The position numbers and the translations under genes are program-made. Shown here in pieces: positions 61,933 through 64,000 of a DNA stretch of 64,000 bases (position 1 is its first letter; every line of letters starts with the position of its first letter). The notes beneath the pieces were generated by a model, which was given only the letters and a program-made list of their open reading frames with translations, was not told the origin of the DNA and did no database searches. Source of the stretch: an uncultured Verrucomicrobiae bacterium (GTDB lineage Bacteria > Verrucomicrobiota > Verrucomicrobiia > Limisphaerales > Palsa-1400); the NCBI GenBank assembly GCA_963707025.1, contig CAVPOM010000014.1, positions 32,001 to 96,000 on the forward strand. The letters run 5' to 3'.

Positions 61933-62669
61933 CGGCGGCCCCAGTGGCCCCCGTGCATTTCCCAACCGCGCGGACCGCGGCCCCAATAGCCGCCCACCCA
62001 GATGAACCCAGGATAGGGCGGCAAATCCCAGTAACCGGCCCGCCAAACCCATCCGCCATTCCACACCCACTCGCCCCCGCACCAGATATAACCTGGCCCG
62101 GGCGAGGCCAGCATCGGTTCCACCGGAACGGGCGGCGGCGCGGTAGCCACCATAGTGGCCGCAGCCGTGGTGGGCGTGTTGACGATGTAATCAATGACCC
62201 GCTTGGACACACCTGAGTCCTGCAAATCAATGATGTCAGTGGCCCTGAGATGGTAAACGGTATGGGAATTGATGATCTGGGCGATGATGGTGTCGTCGCT
62301 GACCTGCGCTCTGCTCATCGCCTTCACGTCGGCCAGGCTCAAGGGGGTGCCCGCCTGCGCCCGGGCGTAAGTATCGGGATATTGCTGGCGGAGACGCATG
62401 TCCTGCTGTTGATCGGCGGAGTGGCCGATCAATCCGCCCAGAGCGGCGCCGGACAACGCGCCAATCGCTGCGCCCGCCCCGGCATTGTGAGCCGCGGCGC
62501 CGATAATCGCCCCGGTGGCCGCGCCAAACGCGCCCCCGGCCAGCACGCCGGTGCCGGTATTGTCCGGCGTGCCATTGGGGTTATAACAGCCTGTCACGGC
62601 CAAAGCCGTGAGGGCCACCGCCAAGGTGGAGGTTGTTCTCTTCATAAATGTCAAAGTGCCTGTTTTCAT
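61929..62669 (-). CDS. Glycine-zipper lipoprotein with YXWGXW-type repeats
   Basis: LAVTGC lipobox, GAATGAIIG zipper, PGPGYIW..GEW.W and WVGGYW repeats. Confidence 0.8.
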   Translation of the reverse strand: MKTGTLTFMKRTTSTLAVALTALAVTGCYNPNGTPDNTGTGVLAGGAFGAATGAIIGAAAHNAGAGAAIGALSGAALGGLIGHSADQQQDMRLRQQYPDTYARAQAGTPLSLADVKAMSRAQVSDDTIIAQIINSHTVYHLRATDIIDLQDSGVSKRVIDYIVNTPTTAAATMVATAPPPVPVEPMLASPGPGYIWCGGEWVWNGGWVWRAGYWDLPPYPGFIWVGGYWGRGPRGWEMHGGHWGRR

Positions 62670-62855
62670 ATTTCAATTAACATTTAACCCAAATTCGTTG
62701 CTTTTCCAATCAAAATTCACTTGCCGGGCGCGAACTTTGGCGCTCTCACTACCCATACGGATTAGACGCCAAAACCTTGCAGGGTATTTGAAATTAGTTC
62801 TCCCGTCTCTAACCGCCTCGGGCGGAATAAGTTGAGAAAGGCCGAGGGCGGGCCT

Positions 62856-64000
62856 TTACACCAGGGGCAATGGCTCGAATGGGCGGCCCAGGATGGGCTC
62901 GCTCCTGGTGTTGAGCCATTCCTCCAGCACCGCGGCATAGACGGAGCGGAAATCCACGTTGTAGGCGATGTCGCCGTTGACCAGATCCTCCGGCGCCAGG
63001 CTGGGATAACGTCCCTGCAACCCCGCCTTGACTTTTGGCCCCACCACAAACAGCGGCGCGGCCGCCCCGTGGTCCGTGCCGCCATTGGCGTTCTCCGAGA
63101 CACGGCGCCCAAACTCGCTGAAGGTCATCAGTAAAACGCGATCCGCGGCCCCCATTTCCGCGAGATCCGCCACAAAGGCCTTGACCGAATCGCCCAACTC
63201 CTGCAACAGGCGCGGGTGCTGGCCGGCTTGATTGGTATGAGTGTCGTAGCCGCCCTGGGACACGTAAAAAATCCGCGTGGGCAAACCGCCTCCGATCAGT
63301 TTGGCCACCAGTTTCAAGGAGTTGGCCAGCGGGCAGGCCGGATAGGCTGCTTTGTTTTGCATTTGCCGGGTGATGGCGAGAATCTTGTCCGAACTGATTT
63401 GCGCATCCAGGGCCGTGCGTTCCAGAAAATCAATGACCGGGCCGCGCTGGAGGGTCGGGCCGCTCACGGCGCCAACGGTCGCCCCGGAATTCTCCATCTC
63501 CCCGGGATGATTGAGTTCGCGGTATGATTTTTCGTCGGCGGACATTTCCCCGTTTCTCCCTGCCCCGCCGGCGTTATAGCGCAGGCTCTGCGGGTTGTTC
63601 AGGCTGATGCCGGTGGGCGTGGCCGCCGTGAAGGCCTGGGGCATCTGGTTGCCGATGCTGACCCCGACCGTCGGATCGGCGCCGCGGCAATCGTTGTCAA
63701 AAAAACGGCCAATCCATCCGTAATTCTCAAACTGCCCGGAATCGGAGGCGGTTTGCCATATTTCCGTGGAACGGAAATGCGAGCGGTTGGGATTGGGATA
63801 GCCGATGCCCTGCACAATGCTCAAATGCCCCGCGTCATAAAGATCCTTGAAGCCGGCCAAGCTGGGATGCAGGCCGATGTCATCATTGATCTTGAGGATC
63901 GCCTTGGCGTCCACCCCAATCCGCGGGCGCGCTTTGTAATAATAATCGTTGCTGTAAGGCACCACCGTGTTCAAGCCATCATTGCCGCCGGCCAATTGGA
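62856..64000 (-). CDS. DUF1501-family protein (5' end outside the window)
   Basis: GGNDGLN, PNRSHFRS, GGYDTH, FSEFGRR...GTDHG, DFRSVYA. Confidence 0.9.
   Translation of the reverse strand, partial: QLAGGNDGLNTVVPYSNDYYYKARPRIGVDAKAILKINDDIGLHPSLAGFKDLYDAGHLSIVQGIGYPNPNRSHFRSTEIWQTASDSGQFENYGWIGRFFDNDCRGADPTVGVSIGNQMPQAFTAATPTGISLNNPQSLRYNAGGAGRNGEMSADEKSYRELNHPGEMENSGATVGAVSGPTLQRGPVIDFLERTALDAQISSDKILAITRQMQNKAAYPACPLANSLKLVAKLIGGGLPTRIFYVSQGGYDTHTNQAGQHPRLLQELGDSVKAFVADLAEMGAADRVLLMTFSEFGRRVSENANGGTDHGAAAPLFVVGPKVKAGLQGRYPSLAPEDLVNGDIAYNVDFRSVYAAVLEEWLNTRSEPILGRPFEPLPLV

Noticed and set aside
62700..62850. tRNA or other structured RNA between the lipoprotein and DUF1501 genes
   Set aside because: No cloverleaf or T-loop; only a short hairpin and a possible promoter.

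Overview
A 64-kb GC-rich chromosomal window. Gene content (TIGR03790-type surface protein, prepilin/H-X9-DG protein, DUF1080, DUF1501, DUF5107) points to a Verrucomicrobia/PVC-group bacterium; this is inference, not a database result. Housekeeping genes are nadE, hsp20-lon, a PPK2 gene, a ccsA/hemX-like gene with hemA-hemC-cobA/hemD, a phosphomutase, rpe, ftsH and tilS. There is a scattered set of secreted carbohydrate-active enzymes and a more AT-rich block (about 43.1-49.4 kb) carrying a two-component system and a Gly/His-repeat protein. At least 11 genes are split by small indels, most likely uncorrected long-read errors. The most notable non-coding content is: (1) a complete group II intron (10600-12557, minus) whose EBS1 loop is complementary to the 10-bp tandem repeat it sits in; (2) a 455-bp element with perfect 19-bp IS4-like terminal inverted repeats enclosing six CGTTACA iteron-like repeats; (3) a 184-bp inverted-repeat element enclosing an 8-mer satellite; (4) dispersed 7-10-bp tandem repeats, some of which encode signal-peptide cores or overlap predicted promoter boxes. 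No CRISPR array, tRNA or rRNA was found.
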